From Cylindrospermopsis raciborskii Cr2010 (GTDB lineage: Bacteria > Cyanobacteriota > Cyanobacteriia > Cyanobacteriales > Nostocaceae), in assembly GCF_003367075.2 (NCBI RefSeq), contig NZ_CP065936.1:480001-512000 (forward strand): a DNA stretch of 32,000 nt. The letters run 5' to 3'. Below, in pieces: positions 9,405-18,753 of this stretch; within the stretch, counting starts at the first letter, position 1; each line of letters starts with the position of its first letter. Below the pieces are notes generated by a model. It saw nothing but the letters and a program-made list of their open reading frames with translations, did no database searches and had not been told where the DNA came from. Position numbers and translations under genes: made by a program.

Positions 9405-9893
9405 CTATGTGCCTTGCGGGTCTTGGAGGGTATTGGCTGCTTCGGTATATAGACCGAGCTGCTGACTCTTCTTGGTCATCCGCGATAGTCCCGCTTGCCG
9501 CTTAGCATCGCGCTCAGTTTTATAATGCATCAGATTGCCGAAACGGATGCGACGGTGGGTGCCAACTTTGGTATGGGGGATGGTTTGGGCATCTAGGAGT
9601 TCGACGAGATATTGACGGGAGACATTGAGAATGTCGGCGGCTTCTTGAGTGGTAAGTTCTTTATGGATCGGGACGATGGTAACACTGTTGCCTTGAAGTA
9701 GCTCGTGCACCATCTGCTGCATCAGGTTAAAGACTGGAGTGGGGATATCGATGGCAGCTCCTGATGTGCTGACAAGTTGAAAGCTAGGGGATTCTGGGTC
9801 TAATTGTCCTAAGAGGTCTTCTAGTTCGATCAGAGCGGGTCGATCTTCTTCTCTAGCTGTAATTGGTTGGTGGTCTAAAACAGTCGATAGCAT
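9405..9893 (-). CDS. Helix-turn-helix (excisionase-type) DNA-binding protein, probable cognate antitoxin
   Basis: 162 aa, LTTQEAADILNVSRQYLVELLDAQTIPHTKVGTHRRIRFGNLMHYKTERDAKR. Directly upstream of and co-directional with the PIN gene. Confidence 0.8.
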   Translation of the reverse strand: MLSTVLDHQPITAREEDRPALIELEDLLGQLDPESPSFQLVSTSGAAIDIPTPVFNLMQQMVHELLQGNSVTIVPIHKELTTQEAADILNVSRQYLVELLDAQTIPHTKVGTHRRIRFGNLMHYKTERDAKRQAGLSRMTKKSQQLGLYTEAANTLQDPQGT

Positions 9894-10006
9894 CTTGTTT
9901 TGCAGAGCGGGTTTACCTGAGAATACTATCTTATCAAGCTAAACGCTATAAACGCAAGTAAAGTCTCATCCTCGTTGCTTGATCGGTTGTGCCAGTTGCT
10001 CCCCTT

Positions 10007-10264
10007 TAGGGGTGACAAAGTGGTCAAACAGCTTGTTTCATAAGGGATAGAGCCTGAAAGCCACGCTTGAAAAAGCGGCGTTTATGAGGTTTAAGACTAA
10101 TTAAGCTTAGAGCTAAATCAGCCCATAGTTCCATGCCATAAATCCATAATTGTCCGTAGACAGCAAAGCTAAAATCACTCTGACGTGGGTAATTGTCCTG
10201 ATGTTGTTGAATCCGTCCGGCATAAGTCTCTATCCCTAATTTTTTCATCCGTTGACCGTACGGC
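10007..10264 (-). pseudogene. Terminal fragment of the IS4-like element and its transposase C-terminus
   Basis: KKLGIETYAGRIQQHQDNYPRQSDFSFAVYGQLWIYGMELWADLALSLISLK plus terminal gacaaagtggtcaaacagcttg, as at 1745-2010. Confidence 0.8.
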
Positions 10265-10309
10265 GGCGTTGCATATTTGCGGGATGAATCAACTAAACAC
10301 TAGTATTAC
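10265..10309 (-). mobile_element. IS1-element end remnant
   Basis: ggcgttgcatatttgcgggatgaatcaactaaac...ttacttcatacttt matches the left end of the IS1 element at 30565. Confidence 0.75.
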
Positions 10310-11265
10310 TTCATACTTTCGAGTGCAGTAATATCAATACCCTTAGCTTTTAATTGTGATAGCAAGGTTTGATACTTTATTTGTTCCTGCTCTTTAAGCA
10401 ATTTTTCACTTTCTGCACGTTGAGTTTCTTGTTCTTTAAGCAATTTTTCACGTTCTGCACGTTGAGTTTCCTGCTCTTTGAGAAGTCTTTCACGTTCTGC
10501 ACGTTGAGTTTCTTGTTCTTTAAGCAATTTTTCACGTTCTGCACGTTGAGTTTCCTGCTCTTTGAGAAGTCTTTCACGTTCTGTACGTTGAGTTTCCTGC
10601 TCTTTAAGCAATTTTTCACGTTCTGCACGTTGAGTTTCTTGTTCTGCATAATTACTCAATTCTACAGGACTAAGAAACTTACTCCCATCTGGATAATAGA
10701 TGACTAATTCATCTTGGCTCATGTCAAATCTTATTTTCAATCTTGGACTAGTCCAAGTGGTAAAATTCTCAATCTCCTTAAATGAGTTATTTTCTCTAAT
10801 GGATACTTCTAGACTAATCCTATCTGGATCATATACATAATACTCCTCCACTCCATGTTCCAGATAAAAGAGCTTTTTTCTATCCATCTCAGTATTATTA
10901 TTACTAGGAGATAAAATTTCAAACACCACCTGGGGAGGAATATTATCCTCCTCCCACTGTCGATAAGACCCCCGGTGACCCTTAGGTCTCCCAAACACCA
11001 CCATGGTGTCAGGGGCTAGTTTAATTTTGTTGCTACCCTCTACTGGATACCAAAATAAGTCCCCAGCTACAAACACATCTAGGTTAGACTTAAATAGTAT
11101 TTCTAAATTTTCCTTAATTTTGACAATCCATGTAAATTGTCTAGTGTTATCCGCCATAGGTTTATTATCACTTTCTGGGTAGACAATTTTAGGCGTGTCC
11201 ACACCCTGATTAGTGTTAGATTTTATCACCCCCAGTTGAGTTTTTGGTGCAATTTGCCTCACCAT
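10306..11265 (-). CDS. Uma2 family (DUF820) endonuclease-like protein, copy 3, with the longest coiled-coil repeat tract
   Basis: Same domain. Repeated ETQRAER(E/E)(K/R)LLKEQ. Final residues SMK come from the flanking IS1 remnant. ORF track extends to 11280. Confidence 0.83.
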   Translation of the reverse strand: MVRQIAPKTQLGVIKSNTNQGVDTPKIVYPESDNKPMADNTRQFTWIVKIKENLEILFKSNLDVFVAGDLFWYPVEGSNKIKLAPDTMVVFGRPKGHRGSYRQWEEDNIPPQVVFEILSPSNNNTEMDRKKLFYLEHGVEEYYVYDPDRISLEVSIRENNSFKEIENFTTWTSPRLKIRFDMSQDELVIYYPDGSKFLSPVELSNYAEQETQRAEREKLLKEQETQRTERERLLKEQETQRAEREKLLKEQETQRAERERLLKEQETQRAEREKLLKEQETQRAESEKLLKEQEQIKYQTLLSQLKAKGIDITALESMK

Positions 11266-11379
11266 GTCTATACCTCCCACTTTGGTACTGACTTAATCGG
11301 TTTAATTTAATATAACATAGTTTGTTTAGGGATGTTGAGTTATTGAACTCAACTTACAATATCACAAAACTAGTCGGTT

Positions 11380-11862
11380 TTAAACCGACTTTCGCTTTGA
11401 GACCCAAAATTGATTCCCGGTCTCCCCAACAGACAGTCTCCAGGTTGCTAGTCCTTTGCGATCTCCCGTCGGGAGTGCTGCGCAATCCCCCTCCACATAC
11501 TCCTGAACCAAATACTGACGATTATCCTCTGTGTGGATAAAATAGTCCAAAAGTTCTGGGATTTGAGGATGTTGACCCAACTGCTCTAACTGTTTTGCTT
11601 CTTGATTAAAAAAACGGGATGCTTTTTCAATAGTGTCTGTGCCCTGGGCTTGGGGTAAAAATTGTTTAATCACACAGGTAGGTTGAGATGGTTTACCCGT
11701 ATCTGTTGCTAAAAAGGTACGTCCAAATCCTCCCTCCCCCAAAATTTCCCGGGGGATGAACCGCTCTCGCAAAATTAATTTGTTGCCACATTTTTGGCAG
11801 AATTTACAGTCGTTTGGATTCTGGTGCAAACAGTCTGGTTTTACGCAGAGGATTTTATTCAT
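11380..11862 (-). pseudogene. Truncated Ser/Thr protein kinase (zinc-ribbon plus N-lobe) with C-terminus replaced by a REP-like repeat
   Basis: CLHQNPNDCKFCQKCGNKL...REILGEGGFGRTFLATD...CVIKQFLPQ...YLVQEYVEGDCAALPTGDR. The open frame runs into repeat and Uma2-leader DNA. Confidence 0.8.
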
Positions 11863-12229
11863 CTTACTTGTAAGTATTTTACCTCAGTATATCAAAAGTC
11901 CATAAGATTGCGAAGCAGTAGCACTCTCCAGATTGCACTTCCTATCACAATTCCTATAACAGGATATAAATAAAAGCTAACTTAATCAAATTAAATTATA
12001 TAGGAGTTAACATAAAATAATCATTACAAGTGAAACTGAGCGTCAAAACTAGTAACTTAATAATCGGAAACCCCTACCACATATAGGAAAATCCCTAATT
12101 GGCAAAATTATTAAAAATTTTGTAAAAACCTCTTTACAAAACTAAACATCTGTCTTAATATAAGTTCATAAGGTAGAAACACCTACCAGAACATACATAA
12201 ATCTCTCGTAAAACCGCAATTATAAAACC

Positions 12230-13312
12230 ATGACCACCGCCATTCAACAGCGCCAAAGCGCCAACGTATGGGATCGCTTCTGTGAATTTATCACCAGCAC
12301 CAACAACCGCCTTTATATTGGCTGGTTCGGCGTGTTAATGATCCCCACCCTGCTTGCAGCTACCACTTGCTTCATCATTGCTTTTATTGCTGCTCCCCCC
12401 GTGGACATCGACGGTATTCGTGAACCCGTAGCTGGTTCCCTAATGTACGGTAACAACATCATCTCCGGTGCTGTAGTTCCTTCCTCCAACGCCATTGGCT
12501 TGCACTTCTACCCAATTTGGGAAGCTGCATCCTTAGATGAATGGTTATACAACGGTGGTCCTTACCAACTAGTAATTTTCCACTTCTTGATTGGTGTAGC
12601 CTGCTACCTAGGTCGTGAATGGGAACTATCCTTCCGTTTAGGCATGCGTCCTTGGATTTGCGTAGCATTCTCCGCTCCTTTGGCAGCTGCTACCGCAGTA
12701 TTCTTAATCTACCCCATCGGACAAGGTTCATTCTCTGATGGTATGCCCTTAGGTATCTCTGGAACCTTCAACTTCATGATTGTGTTCCAAGCAGAGCATA
12801 ACATCCTCATGCACCCCTTCCACATGTTAGGAGTAGCAGGTGTATTCGGTGGTAGCTTGTTCAGCGCTATGCACGGTTCCTTAGTAACATCTTCCTTAGT
12901 AAGAGAAACAACCGAAACCGAGTCTCAGAACTATGGTTACAAGTTCGGACAAGAGGAAGAAACCTACAACATCGTAGCAGCACACGGTTACTTCGGACGC
13001 TTGATATTCCAATATGCTTCATTCAACAACAGCCGTTCACTACACTTCTTCTTGGCAGCATGGCCAGTAGTAGGAATCTGGTTTACAGCACTGGGTGTAA
13101 GCACCATGGCATTCAACCTGAATGGATTCAACTTCAACCAATCCATCATTGATTCTCAAGGACGCGTAATCGGTACATGGGCTGACGTAATCAACCGCGC
13201 TAACCTAGGTATGGAAGTAATGCACGAGCGCAATGCGCACAACTTCCCCTTAGACCTAGCTGCTGGTGAAGTAGCACCTGTAGCATTAACCGCTCCCGCA
13301 ATCAACGGTTAA
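12230..13312 (+). CDS. psbA: Photosystem II D1 protein; carries Glu at residue 130 (high-light/D1:2-type feature)
   Basis: 360 aa typical D1, [20 protein letters not shown] (counting gives E130), C-terminus [30 protein letters not shown]. Confidence 0.98.
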   Translation: MTTAIQQRQSANVWDRFCEFITSTNNRLYIGWFGVLMIPTLLAATTCFIIAFIAAPPVDIDGIREPVAGSLMYGNNIISGAVVPSSNAIGLHFYPIWEAASLDEWLYNGGPYQLVIFHFLIGVACYLGREWELSFRLGMRPWICVAFSAPLAAATAVFLIYPIGQGSFSDGMPLGISGTFNFMIVFQAEHNILMHPFHMLGVAGVFGGSLFSAMHGSLVTSSLVRETTETESQNYGYKFGQEEETYNIVAAHGYFGRLIFQYASFNNSRSLHFFLAAWPVVGIWFTALGVSTMAFNLNGFNFNQSIIDSQGRVIGTWADVINRANLGMEVMHERNAHNFPLDLAAGEVAPVALTAPAING

Positions 13313-13331
13313 TAACAAATACTGGTAAATG

Positions 13332-13363
13332 AAAAGCTCCTCACCAGGTGAGGGGCTTTTTTT
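13332..13363 (+). terminator. Rho-independent terminator of psbA
   Basis: aaaagctcctcaccaggtgaggggcttttttt, a GC stem followed by a T run 19 nt after the stop. Confidence 0.88.
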
Positions 13364-14027
13364 ATGGGGAGACATCAGGGATAGTTTCATCCCCAACTGT
13401 TGCGCCTTTTTGACTTAATAGAGTTCCTCTGAACTTATTGGGTTTCCCGCACTGGGGACAAAATACAAGTAAATTTTCCATTCCTACAAGCACAGACACT
13501 TCGTCTTCATATCCACAAGAGCATTCCCACTCAATTAAATTTATATCGCCCTTTAGAGTAAATTTGTAGGGGCGTTTAAAGATATAGAATTTCTCTTTCT
13601 TTTTGTATTGTGTCTTTTCATCAGGCAATGATTCTACATTTGGTTCTCCTACCTCCTGGTCTTTTAGCAGAGTAGTTTCGACCGGTTGTGTAACATCTGG
13701 TTGAGTTAATGGAACCATTTCAATAGGTAATGCTACCTCCCTGTCTTTTGGGGGAGTCATAACCACTGGGGGTATTTCAACTGGGGGTGTAACATCCCGA
13801 GGAGGTGGTGGAGCTAGAACCACAGGTGATGCTTTTTGAGATTTTTTTCTTGCAGCTTTTTGGGGGGTAGCCTTTTTATTTTCCTCAGCAGGTGGAATAA
13901 TCTCATCAGGATTAGATTCCACTGGAGGGGGAGCAGCAGTTTTCTTAACCACAGATATTATTTGCAGTTTTGTTTCCTGCTTTGGCTCTTCTTTCTTTGG
14001 TACTTGCTGTTTACGTGGCATAGTCAC
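13362..14027 (-). CDS. Hypothetical proline-rich protein with a C-terminal Cys2...Cys2 zinc-ribbon-like segment
   Basis: 221 aa, low-complexity PP/VE-rich middle, then CSCGYEDEVSVLVGMENLLVFCPQCGKPNKFRG. Confidence 0.65.
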   Translation of the reverse strand: MTMPRKQQVPKKEEPKQETKLQIISVVKKTAAPPPVESNPDEIIPPAEENKKATPQKAARKKSQKASPVVLAPPPPRDVTPPVEIPPVVMTPPKDREVALPIEMVPLTQPDVTQPVETTLLKDQEVGEPNVESLPDEKTQYKKKEKFYIFKRPYKFTLKGDINLIEWECSCGYEDEVSVLVGMENLLVFCPQCGKPNKFRGTLLSQKGATVGDETIPDVSP

Positions 14028-14118
14028 TCCTTTGGCATACCCCTATTATACATTAGCCCTAGTTTCTTGGTTTGGGAGACAATAGCTATACTGATAAAAA
14101 ACTCACCCATCCCATGAG

Positions 14119-15258
14119 ATGAACCGCAAAAAACTTACCCAACTAATCACTATTGCAATTCTTGTCACCTTTATTACCATATTCTATCCATTTATTACTA
14201 TTGCCCTAACTACCAAAGAAATCGGCGCGATCGCTGAAAGGGTGACTGTTCGCCTTAGCGGTCCCGACCAAGGTTCAGGTGTAATTATCAATAAAAATGG
14301 TAACACTTACACAGTATTAACCAATTCCCATGTTTTTCAGTATAAAGGCGCATTTGAAATTATCACCTACGATGGGAGAAAATACCAATCAAATAACGTA
14401 ACAGAAATACCTAATCTTGATTTAGCCACCCTTCAATTTAACAGTGACCAAGAATATCAAGTAGTGGCATTGGGTGACTCTAATACTGTAACCATAGGGC
14501 AGGTAGTTTATATTAGTGGGTTTCCTTCTAAACAAGACTTTACCTTTAGATTTGATGGAATCTCCCGGATTTTAAAAAAACCAAGAGACGGGGGATATAG
14601 CTTGGTATATAGAATAGGAGCATTAAAAGGAATGAGTGGAGGTCCCATCCTAGATGAGAATGGTAAATTAGTAGGTATTCATGGGCTAACCCACAGTCAA
14701 AGCCTAGGAGATGGACGCGGTACACCGGAAGAATATGGAATTCCACTTCAGACCTTTTTAAATGCACCACCCCCCACACCGAGCAGGTACACAAGATTAG
14801 AAACCCTATTAAAAGCTCAAAACTTTAGAGAAGCAGATGAAGAAACAGACAGAGTAATGTTAGCAGTAGCTAACAGACAAAGCGAGGGTTGGTTGAGAAT
14901 AGAAGATGCAGAAAATTTTCCCTGTCAAGAATTGCGCACCATTGATAATCTGTGGTTAAAATATAGTCAGGGTAAATTTGGTATATCTGTCCAACAAGAA
15001 ATATACAAAAACCTGGGGGGAACAAAACAATTTGATGTGAATGTATGGAGATCCTTCGGAGACAGGGTAGGATGGAGAAAACAAGGTTCATGGCTCGATT
15101 ACAAAGATTTAAACTTTTCATTATCCGCACCAACGGGTCAACTCCCTTTGTATCGGATGATATTTATCAGTATCTTGATAAACTCCCTTACGGATATGGA
15201 TAGTCGGCTTCCCTCCAGGGCTTCCCTCCTGTCAAGACATGTAGAGTGTAACCCATAA
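14119..15258 (+). CDS. Trypsin-like serine protease (N-terminal TM/signal) fused to a C-terminal GUN4 domain
   Basis: GSGVIINKNGNTYTVLTNSHV...ALKGMSGGPILDENGKLVGIHG, then YTRLETLLKAQNFREADEETDRVMLAVANRQSEGWLRIEDAENFPCQELRTIDNLWLKYSQGKFG...GDRVGWRKQGSWLDYKDLNFSLSAPTG. Confidence 0.92.
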   Translation: MNRKKLTQLITIAILVTFITIFYPFITIALTTKEIGAIAERVTVRLSGPDQGSGVIINKNGNTYTVLTNSHVFQYKGAFEIITYDGRKYQSNNVTEIPNLDLATLQFNSDQEYQVVALGDSNTVTIGQVVYISGFPSKQDFTFRFDGISRILKKPRDGGYSLVYRIGALKGMSGGPILDENGKLVGIHGLTHSQSLGDGRGTPEEYGIPLQTFLNAPPPTPSRYTRLETLLKAQNFREADEETDRVMLAVANRQSEGWLRIEDAENFPCQELRTIDNLWLKYSQGKFGISVQQEIYKNLGGTKQFDVNVWRSFGDRVGWRKQGSWLDYKDLNFSLSAPTGQLPLYRMIFISILINSLTDMDSRLPSRASLLSRHVECNP

Positions 15259-15340
15259 AGGTTTGATAGTATTGTTAACTTTTGTAAATAACAAGAAATT
15301 AACGAAACCTTGCTAGTTCCAGGGTTTCGGATACCTGGTA

Positions 15341-15493
15341 CTATTTATTTTTAGGATTAGGTGTATAACAATTTGCCTTGACAAATATTGTTGCTGCCTT
15401 TACTATTTCCTCACTAGTTATGTCTAACTCATCCCAAAAAAGCTTTAGCTGTCCTGGTGATGTTCCCTTCTTTTTTTGATTTGGTTTCATCCC
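15341..15493 (-). pseudogene. Truncated RAYT gene, C-terminal part only
   Basis: GMKPNQKKKGTSPGQLKLFWDELDITSEEIVKAATIFVKANCYTPNPKNK matches the C-termini of the intact RAYTs. Upstream portion replaced by a tandem REP-like array. Confidence 0.85.
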
Positions 15494-15508
15494 TCTAGGG
15501 AGTGCAAT

Positions 15509-16056
15509 GCGATCTCCCGCAGGGTGTGCTGCGCAATCGCCCCTCCATACGTTCAGATTTTTCCCTTGAGAAGGAACCGGGGAGAACACTGAATGCGATC
15601 TCCCGCAGGGTGTGCTGCGCAATCGCCCCTCCATACGTTCAGATTTTTCCCTTAAGAAGAAACATGGAGAACCCTGAATACGATCGCCCGTCTTGAATGC
15701 TTTGAGATCGCCCCTCTATACATTCAGATTTTTCCCTTGAGAAGAAACATGGGGAGACCCTAAATGCGATCACTCAGAGGGAGTGCTGCGCGATCGCCCC
15801 TCAACACAGTCAGATTTTTCCCTTGAGAAGAAACACGGGGGGACCCTGAATGCGATCGCCCATAGGAATTGCTTCGCGATCGCCCCTCAACACATTCAGA
15901 ATTTTCCCTTGAGAAGAAACACGAGGAACCCTAAATGCGATCGCCCATAGGAATTGCTTCGCGATCGCCCCTCAACACATTCAGAATTTTCCCTTGAGAA
16001 GAAACACGAGGAGCCCTAAATGCGATCGCCCATAGGGAGTGCTTTACAAACGCACC
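15509..16056. repeat. Tandem array of about 6.5 units (mostly 85-86 bp) of the REP-like element
   Basis: Units start at 15509 and later at 15766, 15852, 15937 and 16022. Core gcgatcgcccataggaattgcttcgcgatcgcccctcaacacattcagaattttcccttgagaagaaacacgaggaaccctaaat. Confidence 0.93.
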
Positions 16057-16131
16057 CATTTTAAGGCACTATATTTCAAAACTAACTGTTAAAATCTTAG
16101 CAAAGTTTAACCTACATGCAAAAATGCAATT

Positions 16132-17313
16132 ATGAATGATTTACCTCGTCAAAAACTCAAGGAAATTATTATTCAATATGGTCGCGACTTATGTGACAAT
16201 CCAAAACGTTGTGGAGCATTCCTGAATGACTACTGTGGACAATATAGACGAGAAATATTTTTGCTTATCAGTGCTTTAAAACAAGGTGTGGCAAAAGACC
16301 TACTCAATTCTGGCAACATTCCTGTTGAAGTGCTATTAGGTAGATTAATTAACCAAATGCAGAATGATTTGGGTTTAACAAAAGAAGCTGCCCAATATGC
16401 AGTTGAAAGTTGGGCCCAGGTTTTAGATAAGATGCCTCAAATAACCACACTACAAAAAACTAGAAGGGCTGAGCAGAAACAAGAAACAACATCTTCAGTA
16501 CCTACACCTAGCAGGTACACACAATTAGAAACCTTATTAAAAGCTAAAAAATTTAAAGAAGCAGATGAAGAAACAAGGAGTGTAATGTTAGCAGTAGCTA
16601 ACAGACAAAGCGAGCGTTGGTTAAGAGTGGAAGATGCGGAAAATTTTCCTTGTGAAGAGTTGCGCACCATTGACAATCTGTGGTTAAAATATAGTGAGGG
16701 TAAATTTGGTATCTCTGTCCAACAAGAAATATACAAAAACCTGGGCGGGACAAAACAATATGATGAGAGAAGAAACCTAAAATTAAAAACAATGAACCTT
16801 ATGGCTGAGCAGAAACAAGAAACAACATCTTCAGTACCTACACCTAGCAGGTACACACAATTAGAAACCTTATTAAAAGCTAAAAAATTTAAAGAAGCAG
16901 ATGAAGAAACAAGGAGTGTAATGTTAGCAGTAGCTAACAGACAAAGCAATGGTTATTTAAGAGTGGAAGATGCAGAAAATTTTCCTTGTAAGGAATTGCG
17001 CACCATTGATAATTTGTGGTTAAAATATAGTCAGGGTAAATTTGGTATCTCTGTCCAACAAGAAATATACAAAAACTTAGGCGGCACAAAACAATTTAAT
17101 TTAAAGGTATGGGAATCCTTCGGAGATAGAATTGGATGGAGGTCAGGAGGTTCATGGCTGTACAGTAGCGGCTTAAACTTTTCACTATCCGCACCAACGG
17201 GTCAACTCCCCACGTGTCGTGTCGGTGTTTGTTGCGTGTTAGTATTTGGGGGTTTTTTATGTGGGTTTGGGAAATGTGGGTGGTCTTCCCTCCTGTCAAG
17301 ACATGTAGAGTAG
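16132..17313 (+). CDS. Helical N-terminal domain followed by two tandem GUN4 domains (the first truncated)
   Basis: MNDLPRQKLKEIIIQYGRDLCDNPKRCGAFLNDYCGQYRREIFLL..., then YTQLETLLKAKKFKEADEETRSVMLAV... twice (nucleotide period 336 bp: 16516 and 16852). Confidence 0.88.
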   Translation: MNDLPRQKLKEIIIQYGRDLCDNPKRCGAFLNDYCGQYRREIFLLISALKQGVAKDLLNSGNIPVEVLLGRLINQMQNDLGLTKEAAQYAVESWAQVLDKMPQITTLQKTRRAEQKQETTSSVPTPSRYTQLETLLKAKKFKEADEETRSVMLAVANRQSERWLRVEDAENFPCEELRTIDNLWLKYSEGKFGISVQQEIYKNLGGTKQYDERRNLKLKTMNLMAEQKQETTSSVPTPSRYTQLETLLKAKKFKEADEETRSVMLAVANRQSNGYLRVEDAENFPCKELRTIDNLWLKYSQGKFGISVQQEIYKNLGGTKQFNLKVWESFGDRIGWRSGGSWLYSSGLNFSLSAPTGQLPTCRVGVCCVLVFGGFLCGFGKCGWSSLLSRHVE

Positions 17314-18452
17314 ACATCTCCGGAAATAGCCAAAGCGTTACCAATACTACTTTTTAAGGTGAGACACCCCAATACAAAAGTAGCTGACTGGTATGCTAAA
17401 ATAAGCGTTAGAGATGCCTCTTGTTGGGAATTAACCAAAAGATAACACCTATGTGAGATAATTTATTTTTAGCCAAGTCTAAATCTTGATAACTAAAATA
17501 AGTAGGTTCCTATTCGGAAACGAACAAGTCCACAAATAGTCATGATTACCTGTTCATACTTACTTGAATTTAATCGAAATCTTTCTTGTGCCACTCTGAA
17601 TATTTTCACTACACGAATTAAATGTTCAACAAAAATTCGTTCGGAAGCTAACTCTTTATTTTTTTCTTTTTGTTCAGACGTTAATTCTTGGTTTTAAGGT
17701 TTTTTTGTCGGAGTTTTCATTAACTCCTCTCCTTGATAAGCTTTATCACCACTAAATTTTTGTTTTTTATCAAATATATTTCTGGTTTCACGGAATAAAT
17801 TTACATCACTTTTTGGACCAGGTTTACCCGCTACTACATCAACAATATCTTTACCATTTGGTAAAACGATTAGTTGACTTTTTCTAGTATGACAGGCTTT
17901 TTTACCTGAATAATATTTTTTTTGTTCTTGGTACTCTCCAGGTCTGTCTATAGGCTGTTCATAGCTATCCACTATTAACTCAAATTCTGTTAATATTTCT
18001 TTAACGACTTCGTAATCACTGGAGTTTTTTTTTACCTGTTCTAGCAAACTTGGTGGCAATAATTCTCCTATTATTGGCAACCAATAGTTAAAGATATCAT
18101 TTGCAGTTGTTTCACTTACTCCAAATTGAATACCTAGTAGCTGAAATGTTGTTAACTGCCGTAAATATGTTAATGTTAAGATTATTTGCTCCGACGGTGA
18201 TAATTTGGGTTTGCGCCCTCCACCGCCTTGAATAATTCGGGTTTTTTTTGATTCAACCAATTGTTGTTTCTGATGATGCAGTTTTATGGCTTTTTCCAAA
18301 AGTTGCTGTAACTGCTCATACTTCAGACCCAATAAACGGTGTGATTCGTGAGGATTATTCTGGATATATTCAGATATGTTGCTCATAATAAGTTGCCAAA
18401 AATACCATTTCATATTATTTTATCACACTTTGATTCTTTTTCGGAGATGTCT
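17312..18452 (-). mobile_element. Second copy of the 1141-bp IS5/HARBI1-like IS; transposase frameshifted (ORF remnant 17694-18413)
   Basis: Same ends agacatctccgg...ttcggagatgtct. The altered aaggtttttttgtcgg run breaks the ORF after ELMKTPTKKP. Inserted exactly at the end of the GUN4 module. Confidence 0.88.
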
Positions 18453-18455
18453 ATT

Positions 18456-18753
18456 TGTTATATCTAACTCATCCCAAAAGAGCTTTAGTTGTCCCGGTGA
18501 TGTTCCCTTCTTTTTTTGATTTGGTTTCATCCCGGCTAAAAGTTTACTCCCCCACCGGTTTTTTTCTACCTTTTTCGGTTGAGGACGATATTTTTGACAA
18601 AATCCTTTATAAATATTTGCACACTCATCTAAAGTCTTGCCTAATGCTAAAAAGGCTGGATGCCATGTTGTTACTCCATCACTACCTAACCTCTCATGTA
18701 CTCCATAGTTACTAAAATCATAAAACATTCCCTGTTGTATTCCTGCTGCTTTT
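18456..18753 (-). pseudogene. Truncated RAYT gene, C-terminal half, cut by the palindromic element at 18754
   Basis: MFYDFSNYGVHERLGSDGVTTWHPAFLALGKTLDECANIYKGFCQKYRPQPKKVEKNRWGSKLLAGMKPNQKKKG. An intact copy continues where this one hits ttgacggaaaacg. Confidence 0.85.

Noticed and set aside
10369-10707. + strand ORF of 112 aa rich in FFTFCTLSFLLF
   Set aside because: Antisense shadow of the heptad repeats in Uma2 copy 3. The repeat periodicity removes stops on the other strand.
12313-12668. Two minus-strand ORFs (60 and 69 aa) inside psbA
   Set aside because: Antisense shadows of a highly conserved gene.
14546-15133. Minus-strand ORFs of 82-87 aa under GUN4 genes, repeated at 16437, 16598 and 26008
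   Set aside because: They recur only because the sense strand is duplicated. No start or ribosome-binding context was seen.
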